DNA from: Bacillota bacterium
GTDB lineage: Bacteria > Bacillota > Clostridia > Christensenellales > SZUA-584
Reading direction: 5' to 3'
Assembly: GCA_023406895.1 (NCBI GenBank)
Contig: JAEXTV010000030.1
Coordinates: 13,921-77,920, forward strand
DNA: 64,000 nucleotides
Shown piece by piece: positions 61,888 through 64,000 of this stretch; positions within the stretch are counted from its first letter, which is position 1; each line of letters starts with the position of its first letter. Under the pieces are notes generated by a model that made no database searches, was not told the origin of the DNA, and worked only from the letters and a program-made list of their open reading frames with translations. The position numbers were made by a program, and so were the translations under genes.

Positions 61888-62290
61888 GTCCTGAGAATTT
61901 CACTGAGATAATGATAATAGTCAGAAACTTCTCCTCGATGTGAAGGTAGGGTGAAGCGCCGGAAGGATAGCTATAAACGAGTTAATGCGGTCATCTCATC
62001 AATTGCCTGCCGGTTACGTCTTCTTTTAAAGGAAAGCCTCAATGTGTTAGGAGAGTATCTTATTTCATTCCGATGGCGGACAAGCGACAGAAGAATTCCC
62101 TTTTTGTGGTGCAGAATTTACGAACATGGCTGAAATATCATAACCATAACACTCAGATGCCATAATACGGCATATAAAGCGGAATAAGGACGGGATATCC
62201 TTTTGACGGCTGATCGTGCTGCGATTCTTGACGAATACCGTTCGCTGTTATAGTATAAAGCCTGTCTTAGTATTATTATTGGGGTGACAA

Positions 62291-63238
62291 ATGGTTTCTT
62301 TCACAGTCTCAAAACAGCAGGACGGCACGCAGCTTTTTGACCTGCTGACGGATGCTTATCCCGATTTTTCAGATAAGGCCATGAATCTGGCGTTTAAAAA
62401 GCGTTTTATCACAGTCAACGGCGAAGACGCTTTCGGCGACGACACCTTAAAGCAAGGTGATGTCGTGACTGTTTATGTGCCGGGAGATATACTCGGCCTT
62501 GATCTGATGCCCATCATCGTGTATCAGGACGAAAACATCATCATCGTAGACAAACCCGCGGGGCTGCTGTCGCGCTCTGATGAGGGCGAAGTCAACGCGG
62601 TGGACATGGTGGAATACTACATGAAAAAGCGCGGCGAATACAATCTCGATGCGCTCATGGTGCCGTATTTATTGTATCCGCTTGATGAATATGTGAGCGG
62701 GCTGCTTGTTTTGGCCAAGCATGAAGATGCGTACTTGTTTCTGGCTGAGGCACTCAGCCAGCGCCGACTTTCGCGCTATTACTATTGTGTGGTGCAGGGC
62801 ATTGCGAATGAAAGCGAAGAACTGATGGGGTTTCACCTGCGCGATAAAGCCGGACGGCGCGCGCAGATACTGGAGCAGTTTAAAAAGGATTCCAAGCCCA
62901 TTGTAACGCGCTACAATCTCCTTGCAAAAGGGCAGACGATGTCGCTGATCAAGGCGCGGCCGGTGACCAATTCGCTGCATCAGGTGCGGGCGCACCTCGC
63001 GTATGGCGGCCTGCCTGTGCTGGGCGACGATGTATACGGCAACGCGCGGTTCAATAAAAAAAGCGGCGCGGAATACATCTGCATGTGGCTGAAATCGCTG
63101 ATATTCGAGGTGGGTACGGGGCACAGCTACGCGTATTTGAACGGTATGAGCTTTGAGTCGCACAAGCACAGCTTCCCGAGGTGCGTGTATGAGGAAGGCC
63201 TCATGGACGGCATAGAAGAAGAAAAGCCTGAAGAATAA
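62291..63238 (+). CDS. RluA/RluD-family pseudouridine synthase with N-terminal S4-like domain and a non-canonical catalytic-loop motif
   Basis: S4-like N-terminus, IIIVDKPAGLLS, then LLYPLDEYVSGLLVLAK where the family normally has HRLDxxTSG. HQVRAHL motif present. GGGGTG RBS. Confidence 0.8.
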   Translation: MVSFTVSKQQDGTQLFDLLTDAYPDFSDKAMNLAFKKRFITVNGEDAFGDDTLKQGDVVTVYVPGDILGLDLMPIIVYQDENIIIVDKPAGLLSRSDEGEVNAVDMVEYYMKKRGEYNLDALMVPYLLYPLDEYVSGLLVLAKHEDAYLFLAEALSQRRLSRYYYCVVQGIANESEELMGFHLRDKAGRRAQILEQFKKDSKPIVTRYNLLAKGQTMSLIKARPVTNSLHQVRAHLAYGGLPVLGDDVYGNARFNKKSGAEYICMWLKSLIFEVGTGHSYAYLNGMSFESHKHSFPRCVYEEGLMDGIEEEKPEE

Positions 63239-63241
63239 AGC

Positions 63242-63268
63242 AAGGGATGAGCGGTGCTCATCCCTTTT
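63242..63268. terminator. Bidirectional terminator between convergent genes
   Basis: AAGGGATGAGC-GGT-GCTCATCCCTT is a perfect 11-bp stem, followed by TTTT. Confidence 0.85.
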
Positions 63269-63291
63269 AAGATAGCATCAACTTCACAGTT

Positions 63292-64000
63292 TTAATCCTT
63301 TTCATCCGAAATGGCGGCGGAAGGCTTTGGTGTCGGTTTGGGTCCATTGAGTGATGCAGAGACGGCTTCTGCAAGGGAATCGTCCATAGAGATAGAAACC
63401 CCGTTCGGGTCAGGCGCGTTGACGTAGATTTGGCCGGTGTAACCTCGGTACGTGACCTCTTCAAATATCACCGAATCTATTTTATTACCGTCTGGGTCAT
63501 AACGCGTTTTGTATACATTGCATGTGATGCCGCTGCGGGGGGCTCTGTACTTAACGGATTGTCCCGGCGGGATTTTGGTGCCGTCCGGCGTGGTGGTCGT
63601 ATTATAGTAATACTCCGTTTCGGGCAGTTCTATGGCCTGGATTTTGCTTGATCCGAAATCGACCGTATACCGCATCGGCGGCCCATACACGCTGATGATG
63701 AGCTTTGCACCCTCCAGCTTGGTTTCAATTGTGACATCATCCTCATATGGATTTTCAATTTTGAGATCGGGGCCGCCCGTGCTGACTGTGGCATCGAGTC
63801 CGCCGTCCACGAGATCGTAAGGTATCGCGCAATGCGTGATGTCAACGACGTTCAGTTCGGCGCGAATTGCCGCATTGTACAGCGCGGTGGATACAGCCGT
63901 GATGCCGCCGCCGATATTTGACGTATACGAGCCGTCCTTGATTCCGGAGCCCAGTGTCCACCCCACGGTCTTGGCTGTCTCTTCGTTTCGCGGGCCCAAA
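63292..64000 (-). CDS. VanW family protein, paralogue 3 (N-terminus beyond the right window edge)
   Basis: GPRNEETAKTVGWTLGSGI ... GGGITAVSTALYNAA ... GLDATVSTGGPDLKIENP is collinear with the two VanW genes at 5.7-9.1 kb. The ORF is open to the window end. Confidence 0.8.
   Translation of the reverse strand, partial: LGPRNEETAKTVGWTLGSGIKDGSYTSNIGGGITAVSTALYNAAIRAELNVVDITHCAIPYDLVDGGLDATVSTGGPDLKIENPYEDDVTIETKLEGAKLIISVYGPPMRYTVDFGSSKIQAIELPETEYYYNTTTTPDGTKIPPGQSVKYRAPRSGITCNVYKTRYDPDGNKIDSVIFEEVTYRGYTGQIYVNAPDPNGVSISMDDSLAEAVSASLNGPKPTPKPSAAISDEKD

Noticed and set aside
61951-62133. 60-aa ORF in the 450-bp gap upstream of the RluD-like gene
   Set aside because: No RBS and an Arg/Leu-rich composition. 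The gap may hold degraded sequence, but nothing can be supported.

Overview
The window looks like core chromosome of a fairly G+C-rich, anaerobic, spore-forming Firmicute (Clostridia-like). Supporting genes are abrB, spmA/spmB, rex, nrdD/nrdG and radA, plus a yabB-rsmI-abrB ... metG-tatD arrangement reminiscent of Bacillus subtilis. About 65 protein genes can be supported. They include housekeeping genes (metG, glyQS with a complete Gly T-box leader, nrdDG, radA, rsmI, two RluA-type pseudouridine synthases). There are transporters: a MacAB-like efflux system, an amino-acid ABC system, an ABC-2 system and two amt-PII modules. There are many one-component regulators (Rex, AsnC, TetR, MerR, XRE, AbrB, an ECF sigma factor), several with readable promoters and operators. 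There are also three VanW-family paralogues. I saw no rRNA, tRNA, CRISPR array, transposase, integrase or prophage genes.

Features worth a second look:
- A nearly identical long terminator hairpin sits in the leaders of two otherwise divergent ammonium-transporter operons.
- A 219-bp tandem repeat (two full copies plus one internally deleted copy) lies in a 750-bp intergenic gap.
- A recurrent class of hairpin-dense intergenic elements appears at several sites.
- Two independent gene pairs are each separated by a single in-frame TAA.
- Two visibly AT-rich islets carry orphan genes (32.4-33.3 kb and 53.1-54.4 kb).
- An operon combines a repeat surface protein, an ABC-2 exporter, an ECF sigma factor and a putative anti-sigma factor.
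- A TIGR02996/LRR protein is of a type normally associated with Planctomycetes and Myxobacteria.
- A roughly 12.4-kb accessory block lies between abrB and metG.

All functional calls come from motif recognition by eye in the supplied translations. No database search or computation was run.
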